From: Squalus acanthias
Lineage: Eukaryota
Reading direction: 5' to 3'
DNA length: 64,000 nucleotides
Assembly: GCA_030390025.1 (NCBI GenBank)
Contig: CM059432.1
Span: 134,790,001 to 134,854,000, forward strand
The position numbers and the translations under genes are program-made. Positions within the stretch are counted from its first letter, which is position 1; the number at the start of each line of letters is the position of its first letter. This document shows, piece after piece, positions 49,304-61,749 of this stretch. The notes beneath the pieces were generated by a model. It saw nothing but the letters and a program-made list of their open reading frames with translations. It made no database searches and was not told the DNA's origin.

Positions 49304-51705
49304 AGCAAGTATAAAGCTGGGAAAAGGGGGAGGGGATGAAAGAACAAAAGGAGAGATTAAGAGACATTGAGAGACATTAAGAGATAATCAAGGCAAGAGG
49401 AGGTGTTAATGTAACAGGTTGAGGCTGAATGAAGTGTGAAATGCACTGGCAGAATGAAGGACAGCTGCCAGGTTCTGGGAGGAAAAAAAAAGGGGGGAGG
49501 GCCAAACAAAAGGGTGGATGAAAAAATAAAATATAAATGTGATAGGGGCCGAGGTTATGATCTAAAATTGTTGAACTCGATGTTGAGTCCAGAGGGCTGT
49601 AGGGTGCCTAAACGAAAGATGAGGTGCTGTTCCTCGAGCTTACGCTGCGCTTCCGTGGAACAGTGTAATAGGCCGAGGACGGTGAGGTCAGAGTGGGAGT
49701 GGAGCGGAGAATTAAAGTGACAGGCCACCGGGAGCTCGGGGTCCCCTTACGGACTGAACGGAGATGTTCAGCAAAGCGGTCACCCAATGTGCGATTGGTC
49801 TCCCCAATGTAGAGGAGACCACATCGTGAGCAGCGAATACAGTATACTAAATTGCAGGAAGTACAAGTAAATCGCTGTTTCACCTGGAAGGGGTGTTTGG
49901 GGCCCTAGACAGTGGGAAGAGGGGAGGTATAAGGGCATGTGTTGCATCTCCTGCGCTTGCACAGGAAGGTGCCGGGCGAAGGGGAAGGGGTGCTGGGGGT
50001 GGTAGAGGAGTGGACTAGGGTGTCGCGGAGGGAGCGGTCCCTGCGGAATGCTGAAAGGGGAGGTGAGGGGAAGATGCGTTTGGTGGTGGGATCACGCTGG
50101 AGGTGGCGGAAATGGCGAAGGATGATCTGTTGAATGTGGAGGCTGGTGGGGTGAAAGGTGAGGACAAGGGGAACTCTATCGTGGTTCCGGGAGGGAGGGG
50201 CAGGGGTGAGGGCAGAAGTGCGGGAGATAGAACGGACACGGGCGAGGGCCGTGTCAACCACAGTAGAGGGGAATCTTCGGTTGAGGAAAAAGGAAGACAT
50301 GTCGGAAGCACTGGTATGGAAGGTGGCATCGTCAGAGCAGATGCGGTGGAGACGGAGAAACTGGGAGAATGGAATAGAGTCCTTATAGGAGGCGGGGTGA
50401 GAGGAAGTGTAGTCCAGGTAGCTGTGGGAGTCAGTGGGCTTGTAGTGAATGTTAGTCAATAACCTATCCCCAGAGATGGAGACGGAGAAGTCGAGGAAGG
50501 GAAGGGAAGAGTCGGAGATGGACCATGTGAAGGTGAGGGAAGGGTGAAAATTGGAAGCATAGTGAATGAAATGTTCTAGTTCAGGGCGAGAGCAGGAGAC
50601 GGCACCGATACAGTCATCAATGTACCGGAAAAAGAGGTGAGGGAGGGGACCCGAGTAGGACTGGAACAAAGAGTGTTCCACATATCCCACGAAAAGGCAG
50701 GCATAGCTAGGACCCATGCGGGTACCCATAGCAACACCTTTGATTTGGAGGAAATGGGTGGAGTCAAAGGAGAAGTTGTTCAATGTGAGAACAAGTTCAG
50801 CCAGGTGGAGGAGGGTGGTGGTGGATGGGGACTGGTTGGGCCTCTGTTCAAGGAAGAAGCGGAGCGCCCTCAGGCCATCCTGGTGGGGGATGCAGGTGTA
50901 GAGGGATTGTACGTCCATAGTGAAAAGGAGGCGGTTGGGGCCGGGAAACTGGAAACTGTTAAAGTGGCGGAGGGCGTTGGAAGAGTCGCAGATGTAGGTG
51001 GGAAGAGACTGGACAAGGGGAGAAAAAATAAGAGTCGAGATAGGAAGAGATAAGTTCCGTGGGGCAAGAACAGGCTGAAACGATGGGTCTACCGGAGCAG
51101 TCCTGTTTGTGGATCTTGGGAAGGAGGTAGAAGCGGGCTGTGCGGGGTTGGGGAACTATGAGGTTGGCGGCCGTGGGGGGGGGGGAAGGTCTCCAGAGGA
51201 GATGAGGTCAGTGACGGTCTTGGAAATGGTGGCTTGATGTTCGGTAGTGGGGTCATGGTCCAGGTGGAGGTAGGAGGAGGTGTCGGAGAGTTGCCGTTCA
51301 GCTTCCGCTAGGTAGAGGTCGGTACGCCAAACAACAACAGCACCACCCTTGTCAGCAGGTTTAATGACAATGTCGGGGTTGGATCTGAGGGAATAGAGTG
51401 CTGCAAGTTCAGAGGGAGGTAGGTTGGAGTGAGAGAGGGGAGCAGAGAAATTGAGACGGCCGATGTCACGCTGGCAGTTAGCAATGAAAAGATCTAGAGA
51501 GGGTAAGAGGCCAGAGGGAGGGGTCCAGGTAGAACGGGAATTCTGAAAGCGGGAGAAAGGGTCAGCCGTGCGGGGGGAAGACTCCTGGCCAAAGAAGTGG
51601 GCACGGAGGCGAAGGCGGCGGAAAAAGAGCTCAGCATCGTGCCAAGCTCAAAATTCATTGAGGTGGGGGCGTAAGGGGATGAAGCTCAGGCCTTTGCTGA
51701 TACAT
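49304..51705 (-). mobile_element. Penelope-like retroelement (Neptune-type): RT, Cys-rich linker and GIY-YIG endonuclease
   Basis: ORF 49905..50918 has MDVQSLYT, GVAMGTRMGPSYA, RYIDD and CKRRRCNTC. ORF 49608..49883 has NLVYCIRCSRCGLLYIGET...RFAEH. In-frame TAG at 49905, frameshift near 49745, 5'-truncated. Confidence 0.93.
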
Positions 51706-52959
51706 CACCATTGGTTTTCAACGAGTTTTTGGACCCTGAAAAATATCTGATGGAAGGTACTCCTTCTCCAATTTAGTGAACAAGAAGACAAGACAATCGA
51801 CCCCACCTATTTTATTGACACTGGGATGATTAGTTGAAACAAATTTCCCACTCTCTCATTCCAGCATAGACTCTGAAAAATGGATCCCTGCGATAATTTT
51901 TAAAAGAGTAAAATCAGCGACCTGGAGGCTCAGCTACACAGACCAACGTGACTGAGGAACTAGACTTTCCAATCTAGAAACCAAGCTGTGGCTATGGGGT
52001 TTGTGGTTTTCTCTACACCAAACTATCCATATCTGCAGATGGTGAATGCAATATCCTCAAAGAAACTAACAGGGGAGGGCACTTGCTTTTGCCCCTCCTT
52101 CCAACGTGATTCCTAATCTTGCCAGCCAAAGTGGCTTTTATCAAGAGCACCCTTCCCACTTCTGGACGCCAAACCTAGAGCCAAAATACATGGCATAAGT
52201 CACAAGACAAGTAGGTTCAACGTTCAGGAGTGAAGTGCGACCTGTTTATTGAACATCATTTTTTTTTAGTTTTATCAGGATTTTTAATCTCACTTTCTAT
52301 CCACGTGCATCTTTCTGGTTCAGGCTCTTAATGAGCACAGTATTTGTTTAATTTCCTAAACTGCTGTTCCATGAACATATCTGCGAACAGGCAATGCAGC
52401 AGATGGCACCTCACAGGGTAAAACACTCTTCCTACATCTGACTGAGTACAAACAAATAAAACCTTTTTCCAATCACTCCGACCTTAACTGAAAAATATGA
52501 ATGCACTTCCACTTGGCCGCTACATTACCAACACAGTGCAGTCAGCGAGCATGGAGATTAAAACAATGTATGCTCGGCTGGTGTGATTCTGAATGGAATA
52601 CAGGTCCGTGACAGCTTTTTAAGCCAGTACAATGACCTTAGACGTGATTAACATCTGTGCAATGGCCTCGAGGCACAATTTCTACGTTTCAGAGCAGAAT
52701 GATTAGATTGCACTGCCAAGCAACACCAGAATAGATGACTGCAGTTTAAAACTAGCTGTACCTGGTTGACTGATGAAATTTATAACTTGCCTTGCCTTAT
52801 ACATGTCGCACTGGTACTAGCTGAGACCATGTGCAGTTAAGAATCAGACAGCTCACTGGTTAGGGGAATAACCTACTTGCAGAAGATGGCCTCGTCTCCG
52901 AGCACTGGTTTTACTAACAAACACAAAAAAAACCCAAACCTGTATTCAACTGACCACCG

Positions 52960-53170
52960 CATATTCAAGTAGGCACGCTACCATCAGGGGTCAGATAGCA
53001 AACAGGAGCAGAAAACCTGGATGATTTCCCCTGCCTAACCCAGGGGCATTCAGGCAAACCATAGTGCTCCTGCCTTAGATCAGGTAACTAAACTCAGATG
53101 GGAAACGGAACTTGTCGCCTTCCTGGTCTAACGTAAATTATCTTGCAAATCTGCTGCTCTTTACCCACAA
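52960..53170 (-). mobile_element. Probable old tRNA-SINE fragment
   Basis: ccaggggcattcaggc...agatcaggtaactaaactcag...cttcctggtct is loosely related to 38636-38740 and 13870-14070. Confidence 0.35.
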
Positions 53171-53519
53171 CCCAAAAGCATGGTCTCTTCCTGGGATGCC
53201 ATTTCACCGATGCCAGCACCCTCCAGTATCTTGCCATGGTAGTCATTCTTCAACTGTGAGCCTGGACAGCGAGTGTCTGCAAACTGTTCAACTAATTTGG
53301 GAAGGAGGGAGCAATCACAGCTGATCCTGAGCTCACCCAACTTCCAGACATGCACTCTTTCAGCAAAGCAAGGGTCAGAAGCAGGAGCCCTGACTGCACT
53401 TTCACCTCCCAGGCCTAGCACCAACTAAGGCCAATTGGCAGCTCCACTACCAAGATCAGCACATTCAAGGATACAGTGTTCTATGAACTCAAAAGGCAAG
53501 AGCGATACCACGGAGTCGG

Positions 53520-53702
53520 TATCAACATCACTAAAACAGATTATCTGACCATTCTCTCATTGCGGGAGCTTGCTGCATGCAAATTGACTGCCGTGTTTCC
53601 TACATTAAAATAGTGACTGTGTTTCAAAAGTACTTCGATGGCTGTAAAGCGCTTTGGGACGTCCTGAGGTTGTGAAAGGCGCTGTATAAATGCAAGTCTT
53701 CC
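53520..53702 (+). mobile_element. Deu-SINE 3' tail
   Basis: caacatcactaaaacagattatctg...gaaaggcgctgtataaatgcaagtctt. Confidence 0.82.
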
Positions 53703-53714
53703 TTTTCTTTCCGT

Positions 53715-54130
53715 GATCAGCTTTGATTAGTGGGACAATTCTTGGCTCTAGTTCAGAAGGTCGTGGGCTCAAGCCGACTCCAGGACTTGAGCACGTAATC
53801 TAATCCGACACTTCGGCGCAGTACTGAGAGAGTGCGGTATTGTCGGAGGGCTCGTCTTTTGGAATGAGATGTAAAACCAAAGCCCAAGCTGTCTGTTGAG
53901 GCGGATGTAAACGATCCCGTGGCACTATTCATACAAGAGCAGGGAATTCTCCCGGTGTCCTTGCTAATATTCATCCCACAAATCACCATGACCAATAATA
54001 GACTGACTGTTTATTTATCTCACCTGTTGTTTGTGGGACCTTGGTCTACACAAATTGGCTGCCACGGTTGCGTACAATACAGTGATTACACTTCAAAAGT
54101 AATTTGTTGATTGTGAAGCACTGTGAGGAC
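53715..54130 (+). mobile_element. tRNA/Deu SINE, diverged
   Basis: cagaaggtcgtgggctcaag head and Deu core gatcccgtggcactattc...ctcccggtgtccttg. Confidence 0.8.
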
Positions 54131-54471
54131 ATACAAAAACAAGTTCGTTCTTTCCTGCCTTCTGAACTACACGACTGCTGTTATTTTTACTTCATTGTCC
54201 CATCATTTCCACTCTCCACTTTACTGGAGAAACTAACGCCCAGTGGTGAAGTAATTTGCTTCATCGTGTTGCTAATTACGGTGAAGGTTTCTCATTCCAC
54301 TGGTTAGAGGATGCTTTTTGGTTAGATTGCCATGGCAACTTGTTTAGATCCAAAGAATAAAACAGATGAAAAATATTCCCGATTAAATAGAAAAGTGAGC
54401 AACGATCAGCCACTCGGAAGCACACAAATGGTGCAGTATAGTTTCATTGGACTGACATTAAAACACAGAGC

Positions 54472-54792
54472 TGTGCAGCGCAGATTCACCAGAATGATAC
54501 CAGGGCTAAAAGGGTTAAACTCTGAGGACAGGTTGCATAGACTAGGCTTGTACTGCCTTGAGTACAAAAGATTAAGGGGTGATCTAATTGAGGTGTTTAA
54601 GGTGATTAAAGGAGTTGATAGGGTGGATAGAGCGAAACTATTTCCTCTGGTGGGAGAGTCCACAACAAGGGGGCATAACCTGAAATTTTGAGCTAGGCCA
54701 TTCAGGGGTGATGTCAGGAAGCACTTCTTCACACAAAGGGTAATGGAAATCTGGAACTCACTCTCCCAAAAAGCTGTTGAGGCTGGGAGGTC
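54472..54792 (+). mobile_element. CR1 C-terminal fragment
   Basis: VQRRFTRMIPGLKGL...RLRGDLIEVFK in ORF 54332. Confidence 0.85.
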
Positions 54793-55011
54793 AACTGATG
54801 TAATTTGCAGTTGATGTCATATGCATTGCCTTAAATTCAAAAGATCTTCATATTCCAACTAGGTTCCATGTCCAGTTATGCCACAAAATTCAACAGAAGT
54901 TTAATAGCACTGCCATGCACTGGATGTTACAAGAGCCCTTGTCAATGGTGATGTTGCCATTTAAAAAAAAACACAGCATTCAAAATTTTTACGAAAGAAA
55001 AGAAAATGAAT

Positions 55012-55773
55012 GGTCCGGATTTTGCGGTCAGCGGCAAAGTGACGGCGCTCGCCACTGAAGTCGAAGAAAGCTGCCCAACTTTTAGCAGGCACTGTGGCAT
55101 CGATTTCACCTTTTCTGACGTTAATTTCATTCTGGCGCCATCTATAGAGGATCTCTGGCGTCCAGCAACAGCAATGTCATTAAGCAGGCTAAGCAGCCAA
55201 ACACATTGAAGAATTCTCAGACAGCAAACCAGGAAGTAACAAGCAGGTTTTATCATTCACTTTTTATAATTTTACATAAAGTGAAAATAAAAATTGGGAC
55301 ATACACATGGGATGAAGGTAGAAGCTAAAATATCATAAACAAACTTTAAAAAATAAAATAAAAATTATTTTAAAAACTACGGAATTTTTATCGTGGAATG
55401 GAGAGAATGACACTTCACAAATATGAAATTAGTTTTTCAGGGCCAGAGAGGTTGTCCAGCAGTAATTATGACTTAGTATGCCGTTAAAAACTCAGTTACA
55501 CCTCATTCAACAAGGCTTAACATTTTCAAGGGTTTTTACAGGAAGAATAGTGCGTAAAAAGTGGAACTTTGCGTTAATTCAGTGATTTCTAATAGCTTTC
55601 CATCTGCAAAGACTGCAACAGCACACCTTGTGGAGGGTATGACTGACAGCAACACCTGGATTTCCGCGTTTAACTGCGCATGTACGGACGCCAGAAGTTG
55701 CTGTCCGTTTCACAGAGTAATGACGGCGAACGTTGACAGTTTTGCCGTCATTACAACCGCAAATTCCGGGGCC
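55012..55773 (+). mobile_element. Non-autonomous TIR DNA element (PIF/Harbinger/ISL2EU-like)
   Basis: Imperfect TIRs ggtccggattttgcggt and accgcaaattccggggcc, with AT immediately outside both ends. Homologous to 27500-28263. Confidence 0.75.
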
Positions 55774-56189
55774 ATTGTGGTCTCTACCGGGATAGTTTGT
55801 TTACTGCAACTGCTGGAGAATTGCTGATCTTTAGGCTGATACTGCCGCCCACTGTTCACTTAGAACATTACAATTCATTCAAACAACCCCTTAAACCAAA
55901 TGAAACTTAAATAAATGCACATCGATAAGCAAATAAAAACACTTGATTGGAATAAAATAGCTAGATATGAATTAAACATCGACAATGGGCACAAGTGGTG
56001 CAGCTCATTGGTTCAGAATTTCTTTTATTAATATTTATCTTTGCAAGCCAATATGGGCCTGCGGCACAAGAGAAAACGTGACTCATTTTTCTAAACTTGT
56101 AAGCTCCAGTTAATTTAAGAACATAAGTCAATCAAGTGAGAAAACGCCATTCAGTCCATCAAGCCTGGTCCCTCCAGATCACACTTCTG

Positions 56190-56335
56190 TTAGTGGGAGC
56201 TTGCTGTGTGTAAACTGGCTGCTGCATTTCCCACATTACAACAGCGACTATATTTCAAAAGCACTTCGTTGGCTGTAAAGCACTTTGGGAACGTCCTGAG
56301 GTCGTGAAAGGAGCTATATAAATACAAGTCTTCTT
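56190..56335 (+). mobile_element. Deu-SINE 3' tail
   Basis: gtgggagcttgctgtg...gtcctgaggtcgtgaaaggagctatataaatacaagtctt. Confidence 0.8.
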
Positions 56336-56724
56336 TTTATGTACAATTATTCTCCCATGGACTTCTTCCCCATAGCATCTGGTCAGCCCCTACTTGAGGT
56401 AACACTTAACTTCCTTCCTCTAACACCCCTGAACAAAACTAGTAGTGTTAATAGCTCGATGAACCTCAATAGGGACAATCATTCGCTTTCAACGTTTAAC
56501 TTGTTTGTCAAGAGCACGTGGAATTTGGCCGAAAAGCTAAATGTGAATCGAGGTTCAAAAAAGAAAAAATACTTCCTTAAAAACTAGCTAGAAATATTCA
56601 AGTAAGAATGAATATTAAGGATGTACATACCCAAGAGAGTTTCAATTTCTGTTTAGTAGAGGTGACTGCACAGCATTGCGCATTGCAGGAAGCATACAGC
56701 GTATTCAGCCAAATAGTACTACTT

Positions 56725-56877
56725 AACAGGAACAGGAGTAGGCCATTCAATTAGATTATGGCTGATCCGTCTCTTAACTCCATCTACCCGCCTTGGTTCC
56801 GTAACCCTTAATATCCTTGCCTAACAAAAATCTATCAATCTCAGTTTTAAAATTTTCCAATTGACCGAGCCTCAACG
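56725..56877 (-). mobile_element. CR1 3' tail
   Basis: ggaacaggagtaggccattca...aaaaatctatcaatctcagttttaaaatt. Confidence 0.75.
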
Positions 56878-57127
56878 TGACAAATTTTCTTCAGATTTGA
56901 GGTAAGAAATTTGTTCAGAAAAGTGGTCAGCAAGTCTTGACCTCGATTGTAAAGCTGGGTGGGCCGAATGAGCTTTGTCCTCATTACTAAACTCTTACAA
57001 CTTATCTTTTAGGTAGAAAAATCTGAAGTCTGGACAAGATATCTAAAATGGTGCAAATTTCAGGGTACAAATCACCATTAGTGCTTCATAGCCAGACTCG
57101 ATGGCTTGAGGCCAAGGTTTGTTTTGT

Positions 57128-57875
57128 ATAAGAACATAAGAAATAGGAGCAGGAGTAGGTCATTTGGCCCTTCGAGCCTGCTCTGCTATTCAATATCATG
57201 GCCGATCTTCTACCTCAACTCCATTTTCCTGTACTATCCCCATATCCCTTGATTCGCTTAATATCCAAAAATCTATCGATCTCTGTCTTGAATATACTCA
57301 ACGACTGAGCCTCCACAGCCCTCTGGGGTAGAGAATTCCAAAGATTCACCACCCTCTGAGTGAAGACATTTCTCCTCATCTCAGTCCTAAATGGCCGACC
57401 CTTTATTCTGAGACTGTGACCCCTGGTTCTAGACTCCCCAGCCAGGGGAAACATCCTCCCTGCATCTACCCTGTCAAGCCCTGTAAGAATTTTGTATGTT
57501 TCAATGAGATTACCTCTCATTCTTCTAAAATCTAAAGAATATAGGCCTAGTCTACTCAATTTCTCCTCATAGGACAATCGCCCCCAATCCCAGGAACCAG
57601 TCTGGTGAACCTTCGTTGCACTCCCTCTATGGCAAGTATATCCTTCCTTAGGTAAGGAGACCAAAACTGTACAGAATACTCCAGGTGTGGTCTCACCAGG
57701 GCCCTATATAATTGCAGTATGACACCTTTACTCTTATACTCAAATCCTCTTGTAATAAAGGCCAACATAGCATTTGCTTTCCTAATTGCTTGCTGTACCT
57801 GCATGTTAACTTTCAGTGATTTGTGTACAAGGACACGAACATTTCCCAATCTCTCACCATTTAAAAAAATACTCT
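57128..57875 (-). mobile_element. CR1 3' fragment (close to the subfamily of 2460-5010)
   Basis: ORFs 57215 and 57556. Tail ataagaacataagaaataggagc. Confidence 0.92.
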
Positions 57876-58581
57876 GCTGTATGGAAGTCAAAGTGCACAA
57901 ATTAGGAGAATATCCAGATTTTAAACCAGACGATTATGCCACTGTACAAATGCATCTTACGAAAGTAACCATTCCAAGGTTTATTTCTGTGCCCCCCCCC
58001 CCCCCGCCCCACCCAGATACTGGGGATTTTAAAATTGGACAAAATAATCAGTTGAAAATGTCCACCCCTCACTTTATATAAAGCAACAGTTAAAAGAAAA
58101 AATCTACATGTTACTTATTTCAGATTTTAAGTTACTTTTGATGCATTTCCCCCCGCCCGAGTACATTGAATTACCCCCTAACAGATGGGAACACCAAGTG
58201 GACCATTAAACCCACTCACAACCAGAACTGTTCCAACCTCTTGAGCACAGCCCCTGCAAGAGACACAGAGAAAATAATGCACCAAAAGACCATTTCAACT
58301 GCCTTGGCCCAGCTCATTACTGTCGCTTAACTCCAGTTGAGGCCAAGGAGCATTAGAGAGAAGATCCCAGGAAAGGATGGTATCACAGAAGGCGCGCTCA
58401 ATCAGGTCCCTGACAAATCAATGGCCATGACAGCAATGGCATTCACCAAGTCATTTGTGCTCGGCTACTTCCGGAGTAGTTGGAAATCAGCTCTGGTCAC
58501 TGCTGAATAAGCCAGGCCAAGACTCCAGAGACCCCAGCAATTACTGACCTATGACCCGGTTAAGCTTCCTGGGAAAGTTGC

Positions 58582-58607
<26 letters not shown>
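58582..58607. repeat. (GA)n microsatellite
   Basis: Direct reading. Confidence 0.9.
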
Positions 58608-58614
<7 letters not shown>

Positions 58615-58617
<3 letters not shown>

Positions 58618-58869
58618 CACAAAACTCTTTCTTATCCAGCACCTACGGGACCAGGATGGTGTCGGTTGATGAAAAATTCTGGATAACAGAGAGGTCGGCA
58701 ATTTTTAACACAAACAAAAATAAAAACCACTGACTAACTCGGCCACCGCGGGAGACTCGGACTCGGCAAAACGAGTGGTGGATGCATTCGGCAAGATTAC
58801 CGGTTATCTATTTTGCCGGTTATTAAAGAATTCCGGATGATTAAGTGCCGTTTAAACAAGAGTTTGCTG
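58615..58869. mobile_element. Tigger/pogo-like MITE
   Basis: Degenerate TIRs ca(c)aaaactctttcttatccagcac and gtgccgtttaaacaagagtttgctg|ta, with internal palindromic ccggat(a/g)a motifs. Confidence 0.55.
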
Positions 58870-59103
58870 TACATATTGCCTCCAACATCACTTCAAGGGC
58901 ATTGAATTCTTCAATGCAGGCCAAGCAGGATTCAGGAGAGGAAGAATCACCAGCGGCATAGTGCCACGGCTACAGAACACATCCTCCGAGCCTTTAACAA
59001 GGAGTGAACGTTTGACGGTGTTCCTGGACGTGGAAAAGGCTTTTGACTAGGTGAGTCATAATGGACTGCAACAGGGCACCTCCCAGCTGGACATTCCTAG
59101 TAT

Positions 59104-59310
59104 GCTACCCCACAGGGCTGTGGATGCTCAGTTGTTGAGGATATTCAAGACTGAGATCGATAGATATTTTGGTCACTAAGGGAATCAAGGGATATGGGGA
59201 TCGGGCGGGAAAGTGGAGTTGAGATAGAAGATCAGCCATGATCTTACTGAATGGCGGAGCAGGCTCGAGGGGCTATACGGCCTACTCCAGCTCCTATTTC
59301 TTATGCTCTT
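59104..59310 (+). mobile_element. CR1 3' tail
   Basis: ctaccccacagggctgtggatgctcag...cctactccagctcctatttcttatgctctta. Confidence 0.87.
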
Positions 59311-61295
59311 AAGCTGATGCAATGGATATCAAATTTGCTGGCAGATGCACGATTAGTGTCAGAGTGGGCACAGCAATCCCCATTGGGTTATTCTCAATGG
59401 CAGGAGTTCCCCGGAGCTCAATTCTCCGCTCACATCTGTTCCTTATTTATGTCAATGTTATTCCAAGACCTGAACAAAGAACTGGAACTTGCTGATGACA
59501 TTTGGGTGTTCTCCAACTCATGAACTCAAAAATAGCATCAGAAAAGCACCAGAGATTTCTGGATGACCTGAAGCAATCTGCTTGCCAGTGACAAATTCTG
59601 ATGAACTGCAGAAAAGAAAAATCACAGTGCGTGCTACTCTCCAAAAGAAGCAAGCATAAGCAAAAGGATTAAAGCTACTGTCAAAACCAATCAAGGCCAG
59701 CAGAGAGAAGTTCCTGAGCATAACTCTACAGAGAAATATGGCTTGGATATAGCACGTTGATGAAACCATGCTGGGCCAATTGCATGTCCTCTGTGGAAAG
59801 AAGCACGGAGTCAACTCCAGATCTTTCCTCAGACTGCACAAAGCTTGCGTCTGCACAATCCCGGAATATGGCCATTCAGCCTAATGCACAGAGTCAACCA
59901 TATAGTAGGAGGCTACCAACAATCTAGAAGAATAACAGGTGCATCACTTATTCTGCTCAACATATTTTCAATGTCTGCGGACTCCAAACAATGGAAGAAG
60001 CGCCACTGAGGCAGAGGCAGAGGTATGTACAGAAGGAAAGGACTAATCCATCTTGGTCACTGCTGATTGAAAAAGGACAGAACCCATCCAGCGCATTTGC
60101 AACCCTGCGTTATCTGTGGGCCTGCAACAGGTAGCATACCTCGGCAACATTCAATCACAAGCAGGATCCTGTTGCGGGGGTCTGTTGGGCCAGTGGCACT
60201 GAAATCCACACACCCGTCAGAGTAGACCATTACAAACTCCAGATTATCCAATATAAAAAGGGTCACAAATTCTGGGCTATTCTTAGCAACGTCCCATTGT
60301 TATCAGGCATGTTACTAGTAGCATTACGCTCAATCGCAAAGAGGAAAGGAACCAAGGGCTCGGTCAAAGGAGCTTGTGTTCTGGATTCCGACCATATCTT
60401 AGACATCCCCGTCCCGCTACATTCGCAATAAGTTCTGAATTTCATAAGCAGTCTTGGTGCCACATGTACACCAGATTTATTGCACCTTCTAGTCAAGAGA
60501 ACTGTCACAATAGGGTTCACAATTGCCCTTAGAAGAGAACTAAAGTTCTTTAAGCAACAAGGTGAACAGCCATAGGGTTCCACCACAAACAGACCGTTTT
60601 TTTTAAAAAGCATGCATGGTCCAAGCAGAAAGATGGCATCCCCTCTGTAGCCTCCTGCCCCATTCAATGAACTATTCTGCATGTACATGCAGACTTTATA
60701 AAACACAAATCCCTGGAATGGTTTAAGATGCACCCACACAGAGGAATAATCAGTCGGTCTCCCAAAATTTGAAAACATTTCTACAAGTTAATGAAACTCG
60801 CCACTGCCAACTTCGTACTGCCTACCTGCAATTGTGTGCGCATAAAGCCTACTGCCAAAGGTGAACACGTGCAGCTCGTAGAGTTTTGCTATTTTTTCAA
60901 GGAACTCTTTACAGTGAGGTCGTAGTCGAGTGTGTAGCATTGGCTCTCCCCTCCCCAGTTGGAAATGGAATATTCCCTGCAGGTGATTTTAAAAAAGAGA
61001 GACAAGAAAAATTTGCACAATTAAATTCCAAAAAAACCTGACAAGACCACCATTTATTTTCAGAGTGTACATAAATTATAGCCAGTGAATTACTGATCAC
61101 TTATACCATGAAACTGATTATTACTAGCCATGAAACTTTAGTACTATCCAGCCTACAATCATGTATAGTACACAAAGATTGCAACGCTCATTGAGAGTTT
61201 CCGAGGACTTCACCTTCAGAACAGCACAGCTGAAGGGGCTTCTACCTGTGTGTTTTTTTTTAAACTGATACCAAATTGAAGGCCCAACAGTGCAA

Positions 61296-61535
61296 GGCAA
61301 CAACAACAACAATTTGCATTTATATAGCGCCTTTAGCATAGTAAAACGTCTTCACAGGAGTGTCATCAAAAAAACATTTGACACCGAGCCACACAAGGAG
61401 ATACGAGGACGGGCGGCCAAAAGCTTTTTAAGGAGCGTTTTAAAGGAGGAGAGGCAGAGCGGTTTAGGGAGGGAATTCCAGAGCTTAGGGGCCTAGCCAG
61501 CTGAAGGCACGGCCGTCAATTATGGAGCGATGAAG
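61296..61535 (-). mobile_element. L2 3' tail
   Basis: (caa)n tttgcatttatatagcgccttt...gggagggaattccagagcttagg. Confidence 0.85.
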
Positions 61536-61749
61536 GCACCAAAGTTGAAAAGAGTAACAGAAGACACGATGAAGGAACTGCAGATGCAGTATTAGCGGAG
61601 GCTGAGCTTGGGGGTTCAGAAGCTTGTAGATTGCAGGCAAAGGGAAAAAAACTGAGGGAGGTGGGACTTCCATAGTTTTGAGGTCCTGAGAAAGGGGAGT
61701 TAGATTGTGCAATGGGTCTTGATTTCAACAGAGGAAGGAGTAGGAAGAG

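Larger units (their letters stand above)
58250..60020 (+). mobile_element. Highly decayed I/Jockey-group LINE RT, interrupted by a (GA)n tract, a MITE and a CR1 tail
   Basis: Residual motifs GYF.SSWKSALV, KPGQDSRDPSNY*PM..LSFLGKL, QAGFRRGR, VFLDVEKAFD*VSHNGL, AGVP..S.L...LFLIYVN and ADDI. Confidence 0.68.

Noticed and set aside
48523..49370. Long ORFs spanning 48.5-49.4 kb
   Set aside because: Artefacts of translating the 500-N gap.
60263..60778. 171-aa minus-strand ORF
   Set aside because: No similarity to CTDP1 or any family I recognise, and no exon-like boundaries identified.
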